Shown piece by piece: positions 37,239 through 45,202 of a stretch of 64,000 nucleotides of DNA. How positions within the stretch are numbered: position 1 is the first letter of the stretch; each line of letters opens with the position of its first letter. The translations under genes were made by a program, and so were the position numbers. This DNA comes from Candidatus Peregrinibacteria bacterium (GTDB lineage Bacteria; Patescibacteriota; Gracilibacteria; UBA1369; LOWO2-01-FULL-3): positions 6,814 through 70,813 of the forward strand of contig JAUYJL010000010.1 in assembly GCA_030688025.1 (NCBI GenBank), written 5' to 3'. The notes under the pieces were generated by a model. That model was not told the DNA's origin, ran no database searches, and worked only from the letters and a program-made list of their open reading frames with translations.

Positions 37239-37357
37239 AAATTTAACTCTATTAATCTACAAAGAGTGTAAACATTTAAAGCCAAGAATCAAGACAAAGA
37301 ATTTTATAAAAAAAAGAGCCGACATCGGTCGACCCTTTTTAGGTGTATGAAAATATA

Positions 37358-37894
37358 TTACTTCAAAACATTAGCAAGATTATCTATCATTTTTTGCGCT
37401 TCAGATTTTTTTAGCGAATCGTTTGGGAAGAAATTATTTCCTTCCCATGGCTGTGAATCTATGATTATTCCTACTTCTGCCGCTTCTTGTATATAGCTAT
37501 AGTACCACATAACGCCACGACCAGATGAACCGATATCTGAGTACGCAGGTGACCCGTACGTTGTCGTAGAAATCAAACTAGGACCTTTGATGTTTTCATA
37601 AGCAAGCACCAATAACTTTACTGCATCTGCTCTTTTAATAGGAGTTGTTGAGTCAGAAGATTTCATTGTTAGATAGCTTATTTCATCTGTAACATAAATC
37701 TTTTTCTTCGCCATCAAATCCCTGAAGTCATTTTCGGTGAGAAAAGGATTAATGACATTTACGGGTGGCCCACTTTTAGTTATATTTCGACTCATTCTCC
37801 CCTGAAACATTCCTGAATTAGAAGAAGCAAGAACCAAGGCTCCTACAACCAGCACTCCAACGATAGAAAGTAAAACTTTTGTTTGTTTTGTCAT
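37358..37894 (-). CDS. SLH-domain surface protein, paralog 1
   Basis: N-terminal TM (start MTKQTKV); IKRADAVKLL, YSDI...WYYSYIQEA...GII, FFPNDSL. Confidence 0.75.
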   Translation of the reverse strand: MTKQTKVLLSIVGVLVVGALVLASSNSGMFQGRMSRNITKSGPPVNVINPFLTENDFRDLMAKKKIYVTDEISYLTMKSSDSTTPIKRADAVKLLVLAYENIKGPSLISTTTYGSPAYSDIGSSGRGVMWYYSYIQEAAEVGIIIDSQPWEGNNFFPNDSLKKSEAQKMIDNLANVLK

Positions 37895-37927
37895 TTTTGT
37901 TTTTGTTAATTTGATAAAACTAAGTAT

Positions 37928-37955
37928 ATTATAACACACCCCCCCCTCGGCGCAA
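37928..37955 (-). promoter_or_regulatory. Promoter with a G8 tract in the spacer
   Basis: TTGCGC-16-TATAAT; C8 on the plus strand at 37939-37946. Confidence 0.7.
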
Positions 37956-38039
37956 CCCCAAATGTTCGGGATAAATTGTGTATTTAATAAAAATTTAATG
38001 TCGGTTTGGTAACGTGTATGTATTATTTAACTTTTTTAT

Positions 38040-38849
38040 ATGCAAAAAATAAATGTCAAAGGAACTGAAATCGTAATTTTTCAGCAGAGAGATGATGATT
38101 ACATCTCGTTGACTGATATTGCGAGTCGGAAAAATTCGTATGCACCCAAAGATGTTGTAAAAAATTGGATGCGTTCAAGAAGCACAATAGAGTTTTTGGG
38201 ACTTTGGGAGAAAATTAACAATGCAAATTTTAAAGGGGTCGAATTCGACTCCTTTAAAACCGAAGCTGGAACAAATGCTTTTGTGCTTACTCCTCAAAGA
38301 TGGATAGAAAAAACCAATGCGGTAGGTATTGTTTCTAAATCGGGAAAATACGGTGGTGGTACTTTTGCCCACAAAGACATAGCTTTTGAGTTTGCCTCTT
38401 GGATTTCTCCAGAGTTCAAACTTTATTTGATCAAAGAATTCCAAAGATTAAAACAGGATGAAAATGAAAGAAAATCGTTTGGATGGGATGCTCGGCGTTT
38501 GTTGGCGAGAGTGAATTACAAAGTCCATACCGATGCCGTGAAGGAGAATTTAATTCCTGAAAATATTTCAAAAAGACAAATTGAATTCATTTATGCGGAT
38601 GAGGCGGACGTGCTCAATGTGGCTTTGTTTGGTATGACGGCAAAAGAATGGCGCGAGCAAAATAAAGGTAAGGAAGGCAATATTCGTGACTACGCAAATA
38701 TTACTCAATTGGTTTGCTTGGCCGGACTCGAAAGTCTAAACGCGGAATTTATACGGGAAGGCTTGGTGCAGGGGGACAGACTGGAAAGATTGAATAAGAT
38801 TGCGATTATTCAAATGAAATCTCTGTCGGGGAATGCGGGGCTGAAATAA
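38040..38849 (+). CDS. KilA-N domain DNA-binding protein
   Basis: DYISLTDIA, NWMR...TIEFLGLWE, GKYGGGTFAHKDIAFEFASWISPEFKLY. Confidence 0.92.
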   Translation: MQKINVKGTEIVIFQQRDDDYISLTDIASRKNSYAPKDVVKNWMRSRSTIEFLGLWEKINNANFKGVEFDSFKTEAGTNAFVLTPQRWIEKTNAVGIVSKSGKYGGGTFAHKDIAFEFASWISPEFKLYLIKEFQRLKQDENERKSFGWDARRLLARVNYKVHTDAVKENLIPENISKRQIEFIYADEADVLNVALFGMTAKEWREQNKGKEGNIRDYANITQLVCLAGLESLNAEFIREGLVQGDRLERLNKIAIIQMKSLSGNAGLK

Positions 38850-38909
38850 AAATAGCCCACACCTTTCGTGTGATCTATCGCTTTTTGTTGCTCTGCATTG
38901 AAATCCATA
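38844..38909. repeat. Duplication junction: half of the rpsA terminator fused to a copy of the UvrD gene 5' end
   Basis: 38844-38868 matches 40135-40159 (24/25); 38871-38909 matches 37201-37239 (36/39). Confidence 0.85.
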
Positions 38910-38918
38910 TAAATATAA

Positions 38919-38945
38919 AAAAGGGCTTAAACTATAAGCCCTTTT
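38919..38945 (-). terminator. Terminator after SLH paralog 2
   Basis: AAAAGGGCTTA...TAAGCCCTTTT. Confidence 0.75.
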
Positions 38946-38984
38946 AAATCTCTATTCAAACGATTTTACTATCGTTAAAAAATA

Positions 38985-39614
38985 TTATTTCACAACATTC
39001 ATAAGATTCTTGATCATTTCTTGCGCTCTGCCATTTGTTAAAGGAATATCCGGGAGAAAAGAGTCATTGTTAAATGGTGTTGGGCTAGTGATTATCCCAA
39101 CAGAAGCTGATTCATGGATATAAGTATAATATTTATTCCCCGAAATATCATTATAGGCAAGTTTTGGATTGGATTGTATTACTACAGGATCTTTTATTTC
39201 ATGATAAGCATTCCAAAATATTTGCATAGCTTCAGCCCTATTAATTGAGGAAGAAGGATTAAAGTTACCAGTAGCAGGAGTATAGTTGGGGACATAGCCT
39301 TTACTGGCCATGTAACATATATAACCTTCATCGGGGATACCTTTGGTGTCTAGAAAACAATCTTTATGATTAGAAAGTGGATCGGTATTGTTATTGCCAT
39401 TATCGTTTCTCAATTCTATGGCTACCAATCTATAGAAATCAGCCTTAGTTATATTATCGTTAATAAAAATAGTACCGATGCCAACAGGAGGAGTGCTTTG
39501 AATAATTCTCCTCGTTCTCCCCTGAAACATTCCTGAATTCGTCGAAGCAAGTACTAGAGCCACGACGGCCAGCACTCCAACGATAGAAAGTAAAACTTTT
39601 GTTTGTTTTGTCAT
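38985..39614 (-). CDS. SLH-domain surface protein, paralog 2
   Basis: First ~33 aa nearly identical to paralog 1; FNPSSSINRAEAMQIF, YNDI, FLPDIPLT. Confidence 0.78.
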   Translation of the reverse strand: MTKQTKVLLSIVGVLAVVALVLASTNSGMFQGRTRRIIQSTPPVGIGTIFINDNITKADFYRLVAIELRNDNGNNNTDPLSNHKDCFLDTKGIPDEGYICYMASKGYVPNYTPATGNFNPSSSINRAEAMQIFWNAYHEIKDPVVIQSNPKLAYNDISGNKYYTYIHESASVGIITSPTPFNNDSFLPDIPLTNGRAQEMIKNLMNVVK

Positions 39615-39650
39615 TTTTGTTTTTGTTGTTAATGAAATTAAACTAAATAT

Positions 39651-39677
39651 ATCATAACACACCCCCCCTCGACGCAA
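39651..39677 (-). promoter_or_regulatory. Promoter with a G7 tract in the spacer
   Basis: TTGCGT-15-TATGAT; C7 on the plus strand at 39662-39668. Confidence 0.65.
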
Positions 39678-39724
39678 CTCGAAATATTCGGAATAAATTG
39701 TGTATTCAAATCCAAATTCATACA

Positions 39725-40012
39725 AATTTTAAGAAAATTTTACCGATTAATGAGAAAATCCATTTGGTCGCTTCCCAAAGGGAAACCAATAAATTTTTAA
39801 ATAGTAATTTTAAAGCGTATTTGGAGAAACAAGCTAAAAGTCATCATAGTATAGATATTGATGTTGAGATCACCCCTTTTTTTAATGAAAAATGTCTTCA
39901 GATAGTTGATTTTGTTTCTTGGTCACTATTTAGATCTCGTGAACATGGGGACAATTTTTATCGTAATTTAATAAAGAATATCCTCGTGGAAGAAAACGAT
40001 CTTTTTCCATAA
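39725..40012 (+). pseudogene. DUF3800 family protein, 5'-truncated
   Basis: LQIVDFVSWSLFR..E.GD..Y C-terminal signature; the N-terminal DESG-type motif is absent and there is no credible start. Left boundary approximate. Confidence 0.65.
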
Positions 40013-40022
40013 AATCCAACAT

Positions 40023-40101
40023 AAAAAAAAGAACCTTGTTCGCCGAGACTTGCGCCTCAAGAGGAACCATACGGAGCCCCACGAACAAGGAATTACCTTA
40101 T
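40023..40101 (-). ncRNA. Putative DUF3800-associated structured sRNA
   Basis: TTGCCT-17-TATAAT promoter (40136-40108); 9-bp closing stem, two internal hairpins (one GCAA loop), U8 tail. Confidence 0.7.
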
Positions 40102-40138
40102 GACTCAATTATATATGGAAAATAAAAAATAGGCAAAT

Positions 40139-40173
40139 AAAAATAGCCCATACCTTTCGATATGGGCTATTTT
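40139..40173 (-). terminator. rpsA terminator
   Basis: AAAATAGCCCATA...TATGGGCTATTTT. Confidence 0.85.
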
Positions 40174-40182
40174 CTATGAGTA

Positions 40183-41358
40183 TTACTTCGCCTCCTCTTC
40201 CTCTGCTACCTCCTCCACTTTTTCCTCTTCAGCATCCTCTTTTTTCGCTTTCTTTTTCTTCTCAGTTGTTTCAGTCATAGCTTTGACAGAAAGTCCAACT
40301 CTGTGGTCCTCAGGATCAATGGCGATAACTTTCGCTTTCACTTTTTCGCCGACCTTTAGATATTGAGTAATATCAGGATTCTCGTCGCCTGTAACTTCGC
40401 TTACATGGATAAGACCATTGATATCATTTTCAAGTTTCATGAATGCTCCAAACGGAGTGATTCTGTTGATTTCGCCTTCTACAACAGTTCCGACTTCGTA
40501 TTTCTTTGTAGCTTCGACCCAAGGATCCGGAGTCAATCTCTTCATAGAAAGACTAATCTTATCCTTGTCCTTTCCGATGACCATAACTTCAACGTCATTG
40601 CCAAGTTTTCCGTAGTCACGAGGGTCTTTAACATGTCCCCAAGCGATTTCTGAAATATGTACAAGTCCTTCAAGACCTCCGAATGTAACGAAGATACCGA
40701 ATTTAACGATACCACTAATCCTTCCTTTAACTTTTTGCCCGACATCAAGTTTGTCGAGTGCTACTCCTCGTGTCTCTTCTTCCGCCGCTTTTTCAGATAG
40801 AATTAATTTTCCACCTTCACGATCAAGGTTAATGATACGTACAGTAAGAGGAATTCCAACAAGCTTTCCAAGTCTTGCAAGGATTTCGTTGCTGTCTGCG
40901 CCGTCGACTCTAGGATAGTGCAATGGAGCAAGTTGTGAAACCGGGATGAATCCTTTGATTCCATCGATATTAAGGAGAAGACCTCCTTTATTCGCTTCAT
41001 TCGCCATAACCTGAATAGATTTGTCGCTTTCGTGAGCATCCACAAATTTCTTCCAAGTTTTTTCTTGGCTCGCTTTCCTCAAAGACAAGACAATAAGTCC
41101 ATCTTCGTTCTCTTCTTCCAAAACATAAGCATAAATAGAGTCGCCAGGTTGAAGAGTTTTTAGGGTGTTAAGGCTATCATTAGCCTCTTGTCCTGAAATA
41201 ATACCTGTAGATGTACCTTCCAAATCTACAAGAACTTTGTTCTTGATTACGCTTACAACAATTCCATCTACGAATGTACCTGGAACCGGTGGGTTGAGCA
41301 CGCCACTAGAGGCAATCAGCTCATCCATAAGCGCACTTTTGGTGTATTTATTAGCCAT
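40183..41358 (-). CDS. rpsA: 30S ribosomal protein S1 (four S1 domains)
   Basis: NKGGLL...GFIPVSQL, FGIFV..GGLEGLVHISE, FGAFM...GLIHVSE. Confidence 0.95.
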   Translation of the reverse strand: MANKYTKSALMDELIASSGVLNPPVPGTFVDGIVVSVIKNKVLVDLEGTSTGIISGQEANDSLNTLKTLQPGDSIYAYVLEEENEDGLIVLSLRKASQEKTWKKFVDAHESDKSIQVMANEANKGGLLLNIDGIKGFIPVSQLAPLHYPRVDGADSNEILARLGKLVGIPLTVRIINLDREGGKLILSEKAAEEETRGVALDKLDVGQKVKGRISGIVKFGIFVTFGGLEGLVHISEIAWGHVKDPRDYGKLGNDVEVMVIGKDKDKISLSMKRLTPDPWVEATKKYEVGTVVEGEINRITPFGAFMKLENDINGLIHVSEVTGDENPDITQYLKVGEKVKAKVIAIDPEDHRVGLSVKAMTETTEKKKKAKKEDAEEEKVEEVAEEEEAK

Positions 41359-41454
41359 AAATTGCGTTTAGCAGGACCTTTTAATATTTATAAGCTTTTG
41401 TGCATAAAGGTGGTCCATGCCGTAAAAATCCATTTACTAACAAAAGCACAGGGG

Positions 41455-41483
41455 ATTATAAAAAGAATTGAGGGGATTGTCAA
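41455..41483 (-). promoter_or_regulatory. Consensus sigma70 promoter of rpsA
   Basis: TTGACA-17-TATAAT. Confidence 0.85.
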
Positions 41484-41574
41484 AGGGAAATCATTAAAAA
41501 TTTATAAACTTTATTCTGTAGCTTTAAAACTGCTTCAAGTTATAATAAAAAACACTATAAATCCGAATATAACC

Positions 41575-42321
41575 ATGTTCAAACCGAAAACAGAAAAAAT
41601 AGCCAATATTGTCAAAATCACCCCCAAGGTGATAGAAGAACTACAAGCCCTATTAAAAGGAAAAACTTGTGTTTACATAGACTATGCAAATGTAAGACCA
41701 TGGTCGGAAAAACTGAAATGGCATATCGATCTTACAAGACTTAAACAATTCTTGGATTCTTTTGAGAATATAAGAGATGTAAATCTTTACAGCGGTACTT
41801 TGGAGGGGGATACACAATCCGAGAAAGAAATAAAAAATATCAAGGATTATTCGTACTGTCTTCGAACAAAACCTGTAAAAATCATGAATTTCTCGATAGA
41901 CGTGAGAGGTATAGCCTCAATGCAGGAGAAATCATTGCTTACACAATTCATACGCAGATGCCTGCTCCGCAAATATAATCCGGAAGTTATAGAATACTTA
42001 AACAAGCGCTTCAAAGACATGAATAAGCTTGGAGAATTTTTCATAAAAGACAGAAAATGCAATTTCGACGTTGAAATAGGAGTAGATATGCTTTTAGATT
42101 CGGAAAAGAACAAGTTTGATACTTGCGTATTATGGAGTGGCGATAGTGACTTTCATGATCCATTGAAAAAACTTCTTATCGAGAAGAAGAAAGTTATTCT
42201 TTTTGCTACAGCAAGACGCGTAGCAAAAGAGTTGAATGATTTAACGAAACAAGGATTAATAATTTTTGATATACAGAAAATTAGGAATTTTATTTGTTGG
42301 AATCGTGAACTTTTGAAGTAA
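41575..42321 (+). CDS. NYN (PIN-like, LabA/DUF88) domain putative RNase
   Basis: VYIDYANV, KCNFDVEIGVD, LWSGDSDF acidic active-site motifs; start MFKPKT at 41575. Confidence 0.9.
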   Translation: MFKPKTEKIANIVKITPKVIEELQALLKGKTCVYIDYANVRPWSEKLKWHIDLTRLKQFLDSFENIRDVNLYSGTLEGDTQSEKEIKNIKDYSYCLRTKPVKIMNFSIDVRGIASMQEKSLLTQFIRRCLLRKYNPEVIEYLNKRFKDMNKLGEFFIKDRKCNFDVEIGVDMLLDSEKNKFDTCVLWSGDSDFHDPLKKLLIEKKKVILFATARRVAKELNDLTKQGLIIFDIQKIRNFICWNRELLK

Positions 42322-42384
42322 AAAGCAAAAGAGCCCTCCTCGCGGAGAACTCCAAGCTCTAGAATCATTGATCCTAAAGATCGG
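42321..42384 (-). ncRNA. Putative ~65-nt sRNA convergent on the NYN gene
   Basis: TTGATT-17-TACTAT promoter (42417-42389); 5' GATC hairpin; 9-bp GCGA-loop terminator with U tail. Confidence 0.6.
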
Positions 42385-42447
42385 CACAATAGTATCAAAA
42401 AAATAGATTAAAATCAACTCCAAATCATTAAAAATTATTACACCACT

Positions 42448-45063
42448 TTACACCTTCACCAACTCCACCCCCTTCGGACCTTTCTTCACGATTTTCACTT
42501 TGTCGTGTTCTTTGAAGGCTCCATCCAAGAATTTTTGTGTCAAAGGATCTTCGACAAGTTCTTGAATAGCACGTCTTACAGGACGAGCACCGTATTTTGG
42601 ATCATAACCGACTTCCGCCAAGACATCCAAAGCCGAAGGAGTAACCTCAAGGCTAAGATTTTTTGGTTTAATACGATCCATCAATTTATTCAAATTTAGT
42701 TGAACGATTTCTTTGATATTCGCATTTGTAAGAGCGTGGAACACGACAACCTTATCTATTCTATTCAAGAATTCAGGTTTGAAGTGATCTTTCAGTTCTT
42801 TCAAAATCTCGGATTTCATTGACTCAAAGCCTTTCTCGGCTTTTGCTATTTCGCTACCTTGTGCCGCAAATCCGATTGGCGCCGCTTTATCTGTAAGTTT
42901 TTTAGCACCGATATTTGAAGTCATTACGATAATAGTATTTTTGAAATCGACTTTTCGGCCTTTTGCATCAGTAAGTTCACCATCTTCAAGAATTTGAAGA
43001 AGCAAATTAAACACATCAGGATGAGCTTTTTCAATCTCATCAAAAAGTATTACACTATAAGGTTTTCGTCTAACGGCTTCTGTAAGCTGTCCGCCATCTT
43101 CATAACCAACATATCCCGCAGTCGCACCGACAAGCCGTGAAGTATTATGTCGTTCCATGAATTCACTCATATCGATTTTGATAAGAGCATTTTTGTCATT
43201 GAAAACTTCTTCGGCGATGGCTTTCACAAGCTCAGTTTTACCAACTCCAGTAGGCCCCATAAATATAAATGAACCAATAGGGCGTCTCTCGTCAGCGAAT
43301 CCCGCACGTGATCTACGAATAGAATTACACACAGCACTCACAGCTTCTTCCTGTCCGATAATTCTCGTTCTGATAGATTCCTCCAAAGAGTTCAATTTCG
43401 AAATATCGTCCTTTAGAAGCCTTGTTACAGGAACTCCAGTCATCGTTGCAACAACTTCTGCAATGTTATCAGCAGTGACTTTTTCGCGTTTTGATCTTGG
43501 AGTTTTTATGAATTTTTGTTCTTCGATTTTTTTCAAAACATCAAGTTCCTCATTTCGAAGAGCGGCCGCTTTTTCATAATCTTGTTTCGAAACACATTCT
43601 TCTTTGTTTTTCATTACAGTATTTAATTTTTTCTGCATTTTTTTAACCTTATCGTTGTTTGAAACCTTGTTTATGCGTTTTTTCGCAGATGCCTCATCGA
43701 TCAAATCGATAGCTTTATCTGGCAAAAATTTATCATTCAAATATCTTTTCGAAAGCACTACTGCAGACGAAAGAGCTTCGTCAGTAATCAGCAAATTGTG
43801 ATGTTCCTCAAAAGATTCTCGAATGCCATGCAAAATTTCCAAAGTCTCCGATGGCGAGGTTTCCTCTACCACAACAGACTGAAATCTTCTTTCAAGTGCC
43901 GCATCTTTTTCAATATGTTTCCTATATTCGGTAGTGGTAGTCGCACCGATAACCTGAACTTTACCTCTAGACAAAGCCGGTTTTAGGATATTCGCCGCGT
44001 CCAAACTTCCCTCGGCACTTCCAGCTCCCATAACCGTGTGAAGTTCATCAATAAATAAAATTACATTGTCTTGGCTCATTACTTCTTCAAGGATTTGTTT
44101 GATTCTTTCCTCAAATTCTCCTCTGTATTTTGTGCCGGCAACGATCGACGCCATTGAAAGAGATAAAATTCTCTTATCTAACATATTATCAGGCACTTTC
44201 TCCGCCGCAATAGCCTCCGCAAGTCCCTCGCAAACTGCAGTTTTACCAACTCCGGATTCTCCTATAAGAACAGGATTATTTTTTGTTTTTCTGGAAAGAA
44301 TACTTATTACACGTTCAATTTCTTTTTTACGTCCAATAATAGGGTCCAATTTTCCTTTTTTAGCCTCATCGACCAAATCGGTAGTAAAGTAATCCAAAGC
44401 GGGAGTAGTGGTCTTTTTGCCACCCTGCGCAGATGCTTTTTTCTTTTTATAATTAGGAGCCTCGTCCTTCATTTGTCCATTCATCATGCCCTGAAGTCCA
44501 GCCAAGAAAAACTCGATAGGATTCATGCCATTAGCGTTTTTTGGAGGCATATGTACTCCGCTGGATGTTTCATCCATTGTTCCGCTTTTAGGATCATAAT
44601 TTTTCGCTCTATCAAAAATTTCAAGAATTTGCGCTTTGACGTCGGCAGGGGAGACCTTCATGTTCTCCAAAATCACAGTTGCGGCCGTATTGTCTTGAGA
44701 AACAAGAGAAAGAAGAAGATGCTCTGTCCCGACAAAAGAATGTCCATTTTCGTGAGCAAGTTTTACGGCTTCCTCTATAACCTCTTTTGCGAAACCGGAA
44801 AGGCCAGTGGCCTGACCCGCGCTCGCAACATTAGAAGAAGCATTTCTTCCAACGGTTTTGAGGACAAGATTTACGTTGTCCAAAGAAACTCCAAAATTCA
44901 ATAGTACAGAGGCGCCAAGAGAATTTTCTTGAGCCAAAATTCCCATAAGAATATGTTCTGTCCCGACATAATTCAGATTCGCATCTTTCGCTTTTTCCTG
45001 CGCAACGACCAAGGCTTTTTTCGCCTCTTTCGTAAACTTTTCAAATTGATTGAATTCAGTCAT
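42448..45063 (-). CDS. clpC: ATP-dependent Clp protease ATP-binding subunit ClpC
   Basis: Clp-N repeats (GTEH), GESGVGKT, UVR-type QDYEKAA, GPTGVGKT, GARP. Confidence 0.95.
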   Translation of the reverse strand: MTEFNQFEKFTKEAKKALVVAQEKAKDANLNYVGTEHILMGILAQENSLGASVLLNFGVSLDNVNLVLKTVGRNASSNVASAGQATGLSGFAKEVIEEAVKLAHENGHSFVGTEHLLLSLVSQDNTAATVILENMKVSPADVKAQILEIFDRAKNYDPKSGTMDETSSGVHMPPKNANGMNPIEFFLAGLQGMMNGQMKDEAPNYKKKKASAQGGKKTTTPALDYFTTDLVDEAKKGKLDPIIGRKKEIERVISILSRKTKNNPVLIGESGVGKTAVCEGLAEAIAAEKVPDNMLDKRILSLSMASIVAGTKYRGEFEERIKQILEEVMSQDNVILFIDELHTVMGAGSAEGSLDAANILKPALSRGKVQVIGATTTTEYRKHIEKDAALERRFQSVVVEETSPSETLEILHGIRESFEEHHNLLITDEALSSAVVLSKRYLNDKFLPDKAIDLIDEASAKKRINKVSNNDKVKKMQKKLNTVMKNKEECVSKQDYEKAAALRNEELDVLKKIEEQKFIKTPRSKREKVTADNIAEVVATMTGVPVTRLLKDDISKLNSLEESIRTRIIGQEEAVSAVCNSIRRSRAGFADERRPIGSFIFMGPTGVGKTELVKAIAEEVFNDKNALIKIDMSEFMERHNTSRLVGATAGYVGYEDGGQLTEAVRRKPYSVILFDEIEKAHPDVFNLLLQILEDGELTDAKGRKVDFKNTIIVMTSNIGAKKLTDKAAPIGFAAQGSEIAKAEKGFESMKSEILKELKDHFKPEFLNRIDKVVVFHALTNANIKEIVQLNLNKLMDRIKPKNLSLEVTPSALDVLAEVGYDPKYGARPVRRAIQELVEDPLTQKFLDGAFKEHDKVKIVKKGPKGVELVKV

Positions 45064-45175
45064 TTTTATTTTTTATTAAATTTATCAATAAATTCTACCA
45101 CAAAACGCTGACATTTTCACCCCCCTAAGACTGATTTATCCTTTACGTAAAAGGAAAACCTTGTCCGGTAAAATA

Positions 45176-45202
45176 TTAGCACTTGCTATTATTGAGTGCT
45201 AG
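45176..45202. promoter_or_regulatory. CIRCE element (HrcA operator) upstream of clpC
   Basis: TTAGCACTt-N9-GAGTGCTAg, 16/18 match to TTAGCACTC-N9-GAGTGCTAA. Confidence 0.85.

Noticed and set aside
41362-41574. N-terminal extension of the NYN ORF
   Set aside because: It runs through the rpsA leader and promoter; the ATG at 41575 is the credible start.
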